From an uncultured Deinococcales bacterium (GTDB lineage: Bacteria; Deinococcota; Deinococci; Deinococcales; JAAFIG01): 34,488 bases of DNA. Both the position numbers and the translations under genes were made by a program. This document shows positions 19,337 to 28,503 of the stretch, in pieces. The notes beneath the pieces were generated by a model, which made no database searches, was not told the origin of the DNA, and was given only the letters and a program-made list of their open reading frames with translations. Numbering within the stretch: the stretch's first letter is position 1; each line of letters opens with the position of its first letter. The stretch covers positions 1-34,488 of the forward strand of contig CAXTTL010000021.1 in NCBI GenBank assembly GCA_964247135.1. The letters are read 5' to 3'.

Positions 19337-19867
19337 TTAAATGCGTTCGGCGATCATAAAACGTTCAAACCAAATCCCGATTTGATCTCGGTGCAATTCA
19401 GACCAGCGCGACCAAACTTCTCTGACCCAACGTTCAACCAGCTCTGAACGCTCGAGTGGGGTTTTGCCGGCTGCCACATCCGCAACAGTCAAACTCGAGT
19501 CAAACGAGGGCGGGGTGAGCCAGTGAAACCTCGAGTGTTTTTCGCTACTTTTGATTCGCCCTGGGCGTTGCCGCAGCCACAGGGCTTGGTCTGGCTTAAA
19601 ACCGCGCTCGAGAATTCCATAAAGCACCATCGCATGAATGGCGACAGAATTGATGGTTTGATCTGACGGTGTGCCAGGGTGTTGAACGGCGTAAGCGTCC
19701 ACGATCAGGTTGTTGAACGCCTTAGGCGCGAGGGGTCGTTCTGGGTCATTCAACGAATTGAAGATTGCCCAACACGCCGACGACGAGGTCATGTAACGGT
19801 GGGTCGCACCGTTTTCAATTCTTGGCAACACCGCTTGGCAGCCAGGGCATGTCTCGAGCGTACTCAT
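19337..19867 (-). CDS. DUF5946-like protein
   Basis: CPGC...THRYMTSSSACW...VDAYAVQHPG...SVAIH...LTVADV...W...VW..W pattern; TACATT 7 nt before ATG 19867. Confidence 0.8.
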   Translation of the reverse strand: MSTLETCPGCQAVLPRIENGATHRYMTSSSACWAIFNSLNDPERPLAPKAFNNLIVDAYAVQHPGTPSDQTINSVAIHAMVLYGILERGFKPDQALWLRQRPGRIKSSEKHSRFHWLTPPSFDSSLTVADVAAGKTPLERSELVERWVREVWSRWSELHRDQIGIWFERFMIAERI

Positions 19868-19925
19868 GCAATTCAATGTACGGGAAACCTCGAGTCGAGT
19901 CCAATTTTGAAGTCGAAGTGAGCGC

Positions 19926-19954
19926 TTGACAATTTTAATAAGTGCGCTTATTAT
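19926..19954 (+). promoter_or_regulatory. Sigma-70 promoter with overlapping palindromic operator (probable MarR site)
   Basis: TTGACA-17 bp-TATTAT; the dyad TAATAAG-TGCG-CTTATTA (19936-19953) overlaps the -10 box. Confidence 0.8.
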
Positions 19955-20038
19955 CTAACAACGGAATCAAACTCGGTTCTCAAAACACAAAGCCATTCTT
20001 TCAGCACTGCTCGAGCCACCTCGAGCCAGGAGGATTTT

Positions 20039-20458
20039 ATGTGGAGCACCCAAGCCAGCAGCATCTCGAGCGCCAGCCCTGAAACCATTTTCGCCCTGTA
20101 CGCCGACTTCCCAAACTGGAAACGCTGGGACACCCACCTGATCGCCACAAGCCTGCAAGGTGCGTTTGAAGCGGGCAGCGTTGGGACGTTGCACCCAACT
20201 GGAGCACCCGCCCCAATGCCGTTCACCCTGCTTGCCGTCACACCAAACCAAGGCTTTACCGACAGCACCCAACTTCCAGGCGCAAATGTGGTCTTCACCC
20301 ACACGCTCGAGGCACTGCCAGAAGGCACACGCATCACCCACCACTGCGAAATTGTTGGCGAGGCGTGGGAGCGTTATGTGGGTACCCTGGGTGCTGGAAT
20401 TGCCGAGCGCTTGCCAAGTACGGTGGCAAACCTTGCCAAACTTGCCGCCGAACAATAA
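20039..20458 (+). CDS. SRPBCC / polyketide cyclase-like protein
   Basis: AGGAGG RBS; ASPETIFALYADFPNWKRWD...FTHTLE...GTRITH...LAKLAAE. Confidence 0.88.
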   Translation: MWSTQASSISSASPETIFALYADFPNWKRWDTHLIATSLQGAFEAGSVGTLHPTGAPAPMPFTLLAVTPNQGFTDSTQLPGANVVFTHTLEALPEGTRITHHCEIVGEAWERYVGTLGAGIAERLPSTVANLAKLAAEQ

Positions 20459-20496
20459 ATCAAAATCACCTTGCTTAAGTCAGGTAGCATTTATCC

Positions 20497-20937
20497 ATGC
20501 CGCTTCAAACCGAATTTAGCGAACCCAACGACAACCCAGGCTTTTTGTTGTGGCGCGTGACCAATTCCTGGCAACGCCAAATCCGTGCCGCGCTCGAGCC
20601 GTTGGATTTAACCCACGTGCAATTTGTGCTGCTGGCAAGCCTTGCGTGGCTTTCCCATCAAGAAACGAGCATTCCGCAAGTCTTGCTGGCGCAGCACGCC
20701 AACACGGACGTCATGATGACCTCGCAGGTGGTCAGAACCCTTGAAACCAAGGGTTACCTGAGGCGTCAGACCGACCCAAACGACGCTCGAGCCAAACTTT
20801 TGAGCATCACGCCGGCAGGTCTGGCTTTGGTGAACATTGCCATCAAAGCCGTTGAGGCGGTGGACAAAAGCTTCTTTTCCAAGCTCGAGCGACCTCGAGA
20901 ATTTGCACTGACTTTAGGGTCACTTTTGGAGGATTAA
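20497..20937 (+). CDS. MarR-family transcriptional regulator
   Basis: PGFLLWRVTNSWQRQIRAALEPLDLTHVQFVLL...MTSQVVRTLETKGYLRRQTDPNDARAK. Confidence 0.93.
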   Translation: MPLQTEFSEPNDNPGFLLWRVTNSWQRQIRAALEPLDLTHVQFVLLASLAWLSHQETSIPQVLLAQHANTDVMMTSQVVRTLETKGYLRRQTDPNDARAKLLSITPAGLALVNIAIKAVEAVDKSFFSKLERPREFALTLGSLLED

Positions 20938-21366
20938 ATGCGTTACTGGATTGGCGTCACCCCGTATGATCATGTTCTGAACGGCGTTAAGGGTGGATTT
21001 TGCCAACTTGGACACGGCAAAAAACCGGCACTCGAGAAAATACAGCCCCAGGACTGGATCATTTATTATTCACCGCGTCAACACATGGCGCCAGACAGCC
21101 AAACACTGCAAGCCTTCAGCGCCATCGAACAGATTTTGACCCGTGAAATCTACCAAGCCGACCTGGGCGATTTCAAACCCTGGCGACGCGATGTGGGCTT
21201 TCTCGAGGTTGCGCGAATCGTGCCAATCCGCCCGTTGATTGCCAAGCTCGAGTTTATCAAAGACCCTGCACGTTGGGGCGATCCATTTTTCCGTGGACAC
21301 CTCGAGATTGGGCGCACAGATTTTGAATTGATTGCCAAGCAGTTTGAGGTTCTATCGGCTGTTTAG
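20938..21366 (+). CDS. EVE domain protein
   Basis: RYWIGV..DHV..GVKGGFCQLGHGK..L......DWIIYYSP..QAFSAI..PWRRDV.F..LEFI...WG..EI...DF..I. Confidence 0.88.
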   Translation: MRYWIGVTPYDHVLNGVKGGFCQLGHGKKPALEKIQPQDWIIYYSPRQHMAPDSQTLQAFSAIEQILTREIYQADLGDFKPWRRDVGFLEVARIVPIRPLIAKLEFIKDPARWGDPFFRGHLEIGRTDFELIAKQFEVLSAV

Positions 21367-21400
21367 ACTGGAATCCAAAAGCCTTGTGACGCCTGAAGTC

Positions 21401-21537
21401 ATACGGAATTAACGAGAACACTCCGTTATTCCGCTTCGCTCCACAACTCCGTTAACCTCGTTGATTCCGTACTTTTGCCACTCCCGTTGGTCGGGGGAAC
21501 AGTCGATAAAGCATGACTGTTCCCCACAATTTGGTAT
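21401..21537. repeat. Short structured intergenic element (MITE / Deinococcus small non-coding repeat-like)
   Basis: Imperfect terminal inverted repeats (ATACGGAATT / AATTTGGTAT); internal stems 21402-21416/21457-21471 (14 of 15 match) and 21494-21504/21515-21525 (11 of 11); CGCTTCGCTC and CTCCCGTTGGTCG motifs. Confidence 0.55.
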
Positions 21538-21558
21538 CATGGGGCTTTTGGATTGAAT

Positions 21559-21700
21559 ATGAACCTCAAAATTGACCCAAAAACGATTACCCAATGGAAT
21601 ACTATTGCCGATTCCAGCCTTGGTGCTTCAAAACCTGACTAAGAAAAGTACGCTATTCTTTGAACTTATGGTAATGTCACATTGCAATCACAGACGCCAA
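21559..21700 (+). pseudogene. Degenerate higA-like fragment
   Basis: MNLKIDPKTITQWNTIADSSLGASKPD*EKYAIL/ELM/AITDA aligns by eye, across one stop and two frameshifts, with the N-terminus of HigA at 24128 (TKTMTVW..ANQLNISPP..LEYEKLLELIQQITDT). Confidence 0.4.
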
Positions 21701-21785
21701 AATGTGCAATATTCACACAAAATCTATCCAGGAAGAGTATTGTTATTTTGAGGTTCAAGCCAACTTCTTCAAAACTTTTTATTGC

Positions 21786-21816
21786 TTGACCCTTACGTTA
21801 GGGTATACTTCAGACT
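21786..21816 (+). promoter_or_regulatory. MerR-type promoter/operator
   Basis: TTGACC-19 bp-CAGACT with dyad ACCCTTACGTTAGGGT (21789-21804), upstream of a MerR-family gene. Confidence 0.7.
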
Positions 21817-21978
21817 CGAAACGTTTAATCAGCAATAATGTGTAAAAACCAAAATTCGGATTGGGGAATTTGCGTTTTGGAATGTCTTGTCAAAGAGGCA
21901 CATTTGCCTGATTAAATCTCGCAATGCGTGTTTAAACTTTTGTTTGAAGACGTGTTAAAGAAAACGAAGGAGGCACTC

Positions 21979-22308
21979 TTGAATCTCGTTCCAATCGGTC
22001 GGTTTTCTCAACTCACAGGACTCTCTGTTCGCGCCTTGCGTCTGTACGACGCGGAAGGTTTGCTGCAACCCAATACCGTGGACAACGAAACTGGTTATCG
22101 GTATTACGACTTAAAGCAAATCCCGACCGCCGAACGCATCCGCAGTTTGCGCGAAGTGGACATGCCGCTCGATGACATCCGCGTGGTCTTGCACGAATCC
22201 AAAAAAGCCAAAGCCAGCATGGAAAAACACCGTGGTCGCCTGATCGAACGCGCAACCACGTTTAAGACCATGATTGACCGTCTCGATAAAATCATGCACG
22301 ACGCTTAA
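21979..22308 (+). CDS. Short MerR-family regulator (BmrR-like HTH and coiled coil, no effector domain)
   Basis: AAGGAGG RBS before TTG 21979; PIGRFSQLTGLSVRALRLYDAEGLLQPNTVDNETGYRYY...IRSLREVDMPLDDI; 109 aa. Confidence 0.88.
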   Translation: MNLVPIGRFSQLTGLSVRALRLYDAEGLLQPNTVDNETGYRYYDLKQIPTAERIRSLREVDMPLDDIRVVLHESKKAKASMEKHRGRLIERATTFKTMIDRLDKIMHDA

Positions 22309-22322
22309 AACAACACGATCAA

Positions 22323-22352
22323 AAAAATCCTGACCATATGGTCAGGATTTTT
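22323..22352. terminator. Intrinsic (probably bidirectional) terminator
   Basis: Perfect 30-bp palindrome AAAAATCCTGACCATATGGTCAGGATTTTT starting 15 nt after the MerR stop. Confidence 0.85.
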
Positions 22353-22444
22353 AATTTAAAGCTAAAGCCTTGATTGACCTGGGCTGAACAAGCATTGGGG
22401 TGTTTCACACAAGGCTTTCAGCAATGGCAGGCTATAGTAACCAT

Positions 22445-23683
22445 GTGAAATCTCGAGTTTTCCCTCAAATTGCTTACATCAGGCTTGCCATCATTGCACA
22501 CGTCCTGCTTGCACCCATTGTGCTCGGTTTTGGGGGTGCGCTTGCCGCCCCAACCAAAATCACGTTCTGGCATTACCTGGGTCAAGAGACAGGCTCGAGC
22601 GTTCTGGATCAACTTGCTTTGGATTTCAATAAATCCCAAAACAAATACCAAATCGACCCGCAATACATTGGTGATTTCAAAACCATTCAAGTCAAACTTA
22701 CGGCGGCGCTTCGGGCGGGTGGATTGCCTGGCATGGCAATGGTGGACAACGCTTTTTTCAGCACGCTCGCACTGACCAAACCTGGGGTGCTCGAGAATAT
22801 GAATGACGCAGTTGCAGCCCTCCCCAAAGGCACAACCCAAGATTTTTTTCCAACGTTTTGGGACAACGGCAATGTTGGGGGCGCAAGGTTGGGTTTGCCG
22901 TGGGCGTCCAGCACCTTGCTGCTGTTTTACAACGCCGATGCCTTTCGCGCCAAAGGTTTAACCCCGCCAAAAACCTGGGACGAATTTGCGACCGCCGCCA
23001 AAGCGTTAACCAACCGCACCAGCAAAGGCGCGATCTTTTTTACCGACGCCTGGATTTTTGGCTCAATGGTCTCGAGCCGAGGCGGCAACCTGCTCGGTTC
23101 AGACAACCTGCCGACTTTTGACGAGGCGACCACGATCAGCACCCTGCAATTCATTAAAGACTTGACCCCCAAATACGCGATCATTCGCACCTTCGGGCAA
23201 GCCAATTTTGCCGTGGTGGACTTCTTGCGCACCAAAGCCTTCATGGTGGTCGTGCCAACCAGCGCCTACCCATTCTTGCCCTCGAGCGCCCCGTTTCAGG
23301 TGGGTGCTGTTGCCCTGCCAGGCAAAACCATTGCCGGCGAAACCCAGTTGGTGACCTTCAAAAGCAACCCGAGTGACCAGAGTAAGGGCGGGTTTGAATT
23401 CTGGCAATACCTGGTCAAGCCAGAAAACCTGGCGAAATTCGACAAGCAAAGTTATTACCTGCCCGTGCGCAAAAGTGCCGTCAAACTGCTGGGCGATTTT
23501 GCCAACAACGCGGTCATGAAAGCTGGACTCGAGGCGCTGGATCGCAGTTACAACCTGCCGCATCTGGTCGATTTTCAAGACTGGCGAGCGATTCTCGAGG
23601 GGCAACTCGAGCGTTGTCTAATCGGTGGCGCGGACGCAAAAGCTTCAATGCTCGAGGCGCAACGCTTGAGTGTTAAAAAATAA
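22445..23683 (+). CDS. ABC transporter substrate-binding protein (sugar / UgpB-like)
   Basis: Signal peptide; KITFWH, LFYNADAFRAKGLTPPKTWDEF and YLPVRKSA; TATAGT 6 nt before GTG 22445. Confidence 0.9.
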   Translation: MKSRVFPQIAYIRLAIIAHVLLAPIVLGFGGALAAPTKITFWHYLGQETGSSVLDQLALDFNKSQNKYQIDPQYIGDFKTIQVKLTAALRAGGLPGMAMVDNAFFSTLALTKPGVLENMNDAVAALPKGTTQDFFPTFWDNGNVGGARLGLPWASSTLLLFYNADAFRAKGLTPPKTWDEFATAAKALTNRTSKGAIFFTDAWIFGSMVSSRGGNLLGSDNLPTFDEATTISTLQFIKDLTPKYAIIRTFGQANFAVVDFLRTKAFMVVVPTSAYPFLPSSAPFQVGAVALPGKTIAGETQLVTFKSNPSDQSKGGFEFWQYLVKPENLAKFDKQSYYLPVRKSAVKLLGDFANNAVMKAGLEALDRSYNLPHLVDFQDWRAILEGQLERCLIGGADAKASMLEAQRLSVKK

Positions 23684-23707
23684 GATCACTTGATCCGTGA
23701 GCACGAC

Positions 23708-23736
23708 TTGACAGGTATGGCTTTTTGTCATATCTT
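23708..23736 (+). promoter_or_regulatory. higBA promoter with operator dyad
   Basis: TTGACA-17 bp-TATCTT, 7 nt before GTG 23744; inverted repeat TGACA-N12-TGTCA (23709-23730). Confidence 0.75.
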
Positions 23737-23743
23737 GTTTTCA

Positions 23744-24055
23744 GTGAACGTCATTGCAAAACCCCGACTTAGAAAGTTCTGGACAGAGTATCCACCCGCT
23801 CAAATCCCACTGACGATATGGTTTAAGCATATGCGTCGAACGCGTTATCAAAACGCGAATGAACTGCGTGAACAATTTCCAAGTGCTGACTTGGTTGGCA
23901 GATACACCGTTTTTAACATTGGTGGTAATAAATACCGATTGATCGTCAAAATGATTTACACCTCTCAAAAAATTTATATAGACAAAATTTTGACCCATAA
24001 ACAATATGATCTGTGGACTGAGGAAATGCGGGTAAAAACTAAGAAATCTGAGTGA
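23744..24055 (+). CDS. higB: HigB-family mRNA interferase toxin
   Basis: NVIAKPRLRKFW..YP.A..PL..W...ELREQFPSADLVGRYTVFNIGGNKYRLI...ILTHKQYD. Confidence 0.92.
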   Translation: MNVIAKPRLRKFWTEYPPAQIPLTIWFKHMRRTRYQNANELREQFPSADLVGRYTVFNIGGNKYRLIVKMIYTSQKIYIDKILTHKQYDLWTEEMRVKTKKSE

Positions 24056-24127
24056 CAGTAAGTGTCAGACGCAATCAAAACCAGTTCAACCGTCTCGAGG
24101 CGGTAATAACCTCGAGGGAAAAAAACC

Positions 24128-24541
24128 ATGTTAAATACGACCAAAACCATGACCGTTTGGGCAAAACACGCCAATCAACTCAACATTTCGCCACCCTCCA
24201 CAGAACTCGAGTACGAAAAACTGCTCGAGTTAATCCAGCAAATCACAGACACCGTGGATGACCTCGAGCAACATTCGTACAGCGCCCTCCTGGACCTTGC
24301 CATGCACTATGCAAACTTGTGGGAAGATGAACACGAAGTTGTTATGGACGTTGGCACGCCAAAAGACGTTCTCGAGTTCTGGATGGATCAGCACAAGACC
24401 ACACAAAAAGATTTGGAACGCGCTGGCGTGGCAGATCAACCAACGATCTCCAAGATTTTAAAAGGCGAACGCGGCATCAGCAAAAGCATCGGCAAGGCGC
24501 TTGGAGCGTATTTTAAGGTTTCACCTGCCGAATTTCTTTAA
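24128..24541 (+). CDS. higA: HigA-family HTH antitoxin
   Basis: Follows higB; GAGG RBS; C-terminal XRE HTH (MDQHKTTQKDL...QPTISKILKGERGISK...LGAYFKVSPAEFL). Confidence 0.9.
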   Translation: MLNTTKTMTVWAKHANQLNISPPSTELEYEKLLELIQQITDTVDDLEQHSYSALLDLAMHYANLWEDEHEVVMDVGTPKDVLEFWMDQHKTTQKDLERAGVADQPTISKILKGERGISKSIGKALGAYFKVSPAEFL

Positions 24542-24561
24542 ACCCAAAGATGCTCGTGCTT

Positions 24562-25470
24562 TTACGGGTTCAGTTCGTAAACCTCGGGTTTAAAACCAAC
24601 CAGTTTGATAAATTCGGTCAATTCTTGTGCTGTTAACACACGGTTTTTACCGCTTGCCGCAACAAAAAAGGCTTCCATGACGTTCGTTCCGAAGTTGCGC
24701 CCGTTCAGTTTTGGCGTGGTGGCAATCAAGCGTTTTGTGCCAGCCGCTTTCAAAGCTTCAACATCGGCTGGTGTGATGGTGTTGGTCAAAATCGTTTTGC
24801 CTGTCAACTTCTCGGGACGGTAACGGTTGATGTACAAGAAATCGCCCGCAATCACATCCGCCCATTCGTAATGTTTAACTCGAGCGTCGCGCTCAATTTT
24901 GTCTTGTTTTTCGCCCGTCGGGTAAAACCATTTGAACGGCAATTGGGTAATCACGGGCAGCAATATTTGCGCAAAAGTTCGCAGGGTGTTAATTGAACGA
25001 ATCGGAATCGGCAAGCCCAAACCGAAAATCAGATCGCCGTACAACACATCCGCACCAGCCTCCGCCAATGCCTCCGCCATGCCAAAACGATCCACCGCCG
25101 AAACCATCAGGGTTTTACGCCCATTCCAACCAATCAGCGGCTCGAGTTGCCGAATCGCTTCACGCTCGAGGGTGTGCTTCAAACCGCCACCGTCCAAAAC
25201 GGGCGTGATTTTGGCATTCGCAACCAGCGCTTTGATGTCTTTAAAACTGTAGGTTTTATCGCCCGCCACAATGTTTAAATCCGTGCCACCCAAACCAAAA
25301 GCGGCAACCTTGCCGTCCAGTTCGCGGAAGAGTTCCGCCATTTTTTCCATGCTGCCGTCCGTGCCGATGCGCTCGAGCAGAAAGCTTTGACCCAGCACGT
25401 CGTACTGGGCGCTGGCGTTGCGTTTGCTCGAGCCGAGCGAAATGCTGACAATTCGTTTGGGTTCTGACAT
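24562..25470 (-). CDS. Conserved protein usually annotated as quinate 5-dehydrogenase-like
   Basis: VSISLGSSKRN..ERIGTDG..LDGKVAAFGLGG..DGGGLKHTLER..SAVDRFGMA..GRNFGTNVMEA; TATGAT 7 nt before ATG 25470. The enzymatic function is not supported from sequence alone. Confidence 0.75.
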   Translation of the reverse strand: MSEPKRIVSISLGSSKRNASAQYDVLGQSFLLERIGTDGSMEKMAELFRELDGKVAAFGLGGTDLNIVAGDKTYSFKDIKALVANAKITPVLDGGGLKHTLEREAIRQLEPLIGWNGRKTLMVSAVDRFGMAEALAEAGADVLYGDLIFGLGLPIPIRSINTLRTFAQILLPVITQLPFKWFYPTGEKQDKIERDARVKHYEWADVIAGDFLYINRYRPEKLTGKTILTNTITPADVEALKAAGTKRLIATTPKLNGRNFGTNVMEAFFVAASGKNRVLTAQELTEFIKLVGFKPEVYELNP

Positions 25471-25628
25471 TTGACGCATCATACGCGGAAAAGCTCGAGC
25501 GTGTTGCTCGAAGTTCACTGAAACTGAGTGACCCGCACGTATCAAGACCAAGCTTGAGGGTTGCGCTTTTAAACTCGAGCTTGATTTGTTCAATGCGCAT
25601 GAAGCCCATAAGCAAGTAAACTGTGTGC

Positions 25629-28503
25629 GTGACCCCAGCCGAATTCGTGACCAAATGGCGAGCCTCGAAACTCAAGGAACGCAGTTCTTCCCAACCACAT
25701 TTTATTGACCTGTGCCGCTTGCTGAACCTGCCCGACCCACCCACCGCAGACCCAACAGGTGAAAGTTACACTTTTGAACGCCATGTCAAAAAACTCACGG
25801 GCAGCAAAGGCTTTGCCGATGTCTGGAAACGTGGCGCGTTCGCTTGGGAGTACAAAGGCAAACACAAAGACCTGACCGAAGCGTACTTGCAACTTTTGAT
25901 TTACCGTGACGACCTCGAGAATCCACCGTTGCTGGTGGTCTGCGACATGGAAACCATTCAGGTTCACACCAATTTTACGGGAACAAACAAAGTCATTACC
26001 GTTTGGACGCTCGAGGATTTACTTGACGATGCCAAACGCGAACGCTTGCGCAAAGTCTGGACTGACCCCAATTCTTTTGACCCGACCAAAGAACGCATCA
26101 GCATTACCGAAGCCACGGTCAAACAATTTTTAAACATTGCCGAATCGCTCAAGCAACGCGAGAACAACCCCGACAAAACCGCGCACTTTCTGGTCAAATG
26201 CGTGTTTACCCTGTTTGCCGAAGACATGGATTTGCTGCCCAGAAACGGTTTTACGCAATTGCTCGAGGCTGCCAAAGAAAAACCTGAGCTGTTCAAACCG
26301 ATGGCAGAGCAACTCTTTGCCCTGATGAGCGAGGGCGGCATCTCGATTTTGGGACGCATTCCCCACTTTAACGGACAGGTTTTTAGTGACGGCGAAGCCC
26401 CAGACCTTGACGGGCGCGAAGTAAATTACCTTTTGACCGCCGCCCGTCAAGACTGGCAAAACGTCAACCCCGCGATTTTTGGCACTCTGTTTGAACGGAT
26501 CATTGACCCGCGCAAACGCGCCCAAATTGGCGCTCATTATACCCCGCCATCCGACATTTTGGACGTGATTGAACCCGTGATTCTCGAGCCGTTGCGCCTT
26601 GAATGGTTGGCGGTACGCACCGAAATCGAACCACTTATTTTAGAAGTTCAACAAAAAGAAAACGAACCCGATGCCTTAAATTTTCATCAGGAAACACCAC
26701 TCTGGCATCACGCCCGAAGCAGCGCCAAAACCAAACTCGAGGCATTTCAAAACCGTCTGGCAAGCGTGAGTGTGCTTGACCCCGCCTGTGGTTCAGGCAA
26801 TTTCTTGTACATGACCTTGCGTTTGTTGCTCGACCTCGAGAACGAAGTCCGAGCCACGATAAGATTGCTCGAGCCTGGGTACGTCGTGCCGGTCAAAGTC
26901 AGTCCGCGTCAAATGCGCGGCATGGAGTTAAACCGTTACGCCCACGAAATCGCCGGCATGGTCTTGTGGATTGGTTTTATTCAGTGGTGCGCCGAGCACG
27001 GTGAGCGGGTTGACCAAGAACCGATTCTCGAGAAGTTGGTTGGACTCGAGAATCGTGATGCGGCTTTGGATGAAGTGACGGGCAAGCCTGCCGAGTGGTG
27101 TGAAGCCGAATTTATTGTTGGCAATCCACCGTTTTTGGGAAATTATAAAATGCGTCAAGAGTTGGGCGACACTTACGCCGAAGCCATCCGCGAGGCTTAC
27201 AAAGGTCGTGTGCCTGGGTCGGCTGATTTGGTGTGTTACTGGTTTGAAAAAACTCGGGAGAACATTGAACAAGGCAAGACAAAACGAGCGGGTTTGATTG
27301 CCACAAACAGCATTCGAGGCGGCAAGAATCGGGAAGTTCTGGAACGCATCAGCGCATCGGGTGGAATTTTTAGAGCCTGGTCTGACCGAAGTTGGGTTCA
27401 GGATGGCGCGGCGGTACGGGTAAGCATTGTCTGCTTTGACGATGGTTCAGAAATTGAACGTGTATTGCTTGAACACAAAGGAAACGAAGATGATCCGACA
27501 ACCCGTGGAACGATCAAAAGGAAAGTCAACAAGATCAATCCTGATCTTTCAAGTGCTGCTGATGTGACCACCGCAAAACGTTTGCTTGAGAATGCAGGAT
27601 TGAGTTTTGAAGGCGTAAAACCTGCTGGAGCTTTTGATATTTCTGAAGCGCAAGCACTCGAGTGGTTGGATTTACCCAATCCTGATGGTGTGAGCAATCG
27701 TGATGTTTTAAAACTGTTTATTGGCGGCAAAGACATAACGGACAACCCTGACAGCCGTTGGATTGTGGACTTCAATCAGATGAGTCTCGAGGCGGCTCAA
27801 CAATTTGCAATTCCTTTTCGATACGTTCAAGAAAATGTAAAGCCAATTCGAGACAAAAATAACGAAAAAGCAACTCGAGAAAATTGGTGGCGGCATAAAC
27901 GCACTGTTCCAGCACTTCGAGCCGCTTTGGGACAGGTCAGTCGTTTCCTAGCAACACCAAGACACATGAAACATCGGGCATTCGTATGGTTCGCGCTTAA
28001 TGCGCTCCCTGGGGATGCGCTTACCGTTGTGGTTTCAGACTCTGACTATATGCACGGGCTTCTCAACTCGAGCATTCACATTACTTGGGGTCTTGCCTCA
28101 GGTACATCAATTGGACCAACACCACGTTATACCCCATACCCCCACATCTTGCTTTGAAACCTTTCCCTTCCCGCACCCAGACCCCACCCAACGCACCGCC
28201 ATCGAAAAAGCGGCGGTGTACCTCGAGCAATGCCGCGCACACCTGAAAGGCAAGGGCAAAACGCTCACGGAGGCTTACAACGCGCTCGAGGACTGCCGCA
28301 AAAATCCCAGCCCGACCCATGAGGCGTACACACTGATGGACGCGCACGAACGGCTGGACAAGGCGGTGTTCGCGGCTTACGGTTGGACGTACCCGCTTTC
28401 AGAAGACGAAATCCTCGAGAAACTGCTGGCACTCAATTTGCAACGGGCGGCATTGCAAGGTGAAAACACAAGCTCGAGCATTGAAAGCGAACCTGAAACT
28501 TAA
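25629..28503 (+). pseudogene. MmeI-like (type IIL/IIG) restriction-modification fusion gene, frameshifted near the C-terminus
   Basis: Nuclease motif GFADVW..FAWEYKG, GAHYTP, motif I DPACGSGNFL, motif IV GNPPF. ATACCCC is tandemly duplicated at 28129-28142; removing one copy restores PRYTPTSCFETFPFP and a single 955-aa frame ending at 28503. Confidence 0.88.

Noticed and set aside
21401-21537. CRISPR array or tRNA
   Set aside because: There is no repeat-spacer periodicity and no cloverleaf; only two hairpins.
21817-21978. Known riboswitch (for example c-di-GMP) in the MerR leader
   Set aside because: I could not match the conserved core of any riboswitch class by eye; an Infernal search would be needed.
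23657-24093. Absence of CTCGAG in higB (and similar 600-700 bp gaps in cysK, the R-M gene and the propeller gene) as evidence of foreign origin
   Set aside because: With a mean spacing of ~140 bp and about 240 intervals, a few gaps of this size are expected by chance.
24052-24261. 69-aa ORF coupled to the higB stop as a third TA component
   Set aside because: It overlaps higA out of frame and has no recognisable features; higA has its own RBS.
25629-28503. The MmeI-like enzyme as the cause of CTCGAG enrichment
   Set aside because: Type IIL enzymes recognise asymmetric sites, restriction usually depletes rather than enriches its site, and this copy is frameshifted.
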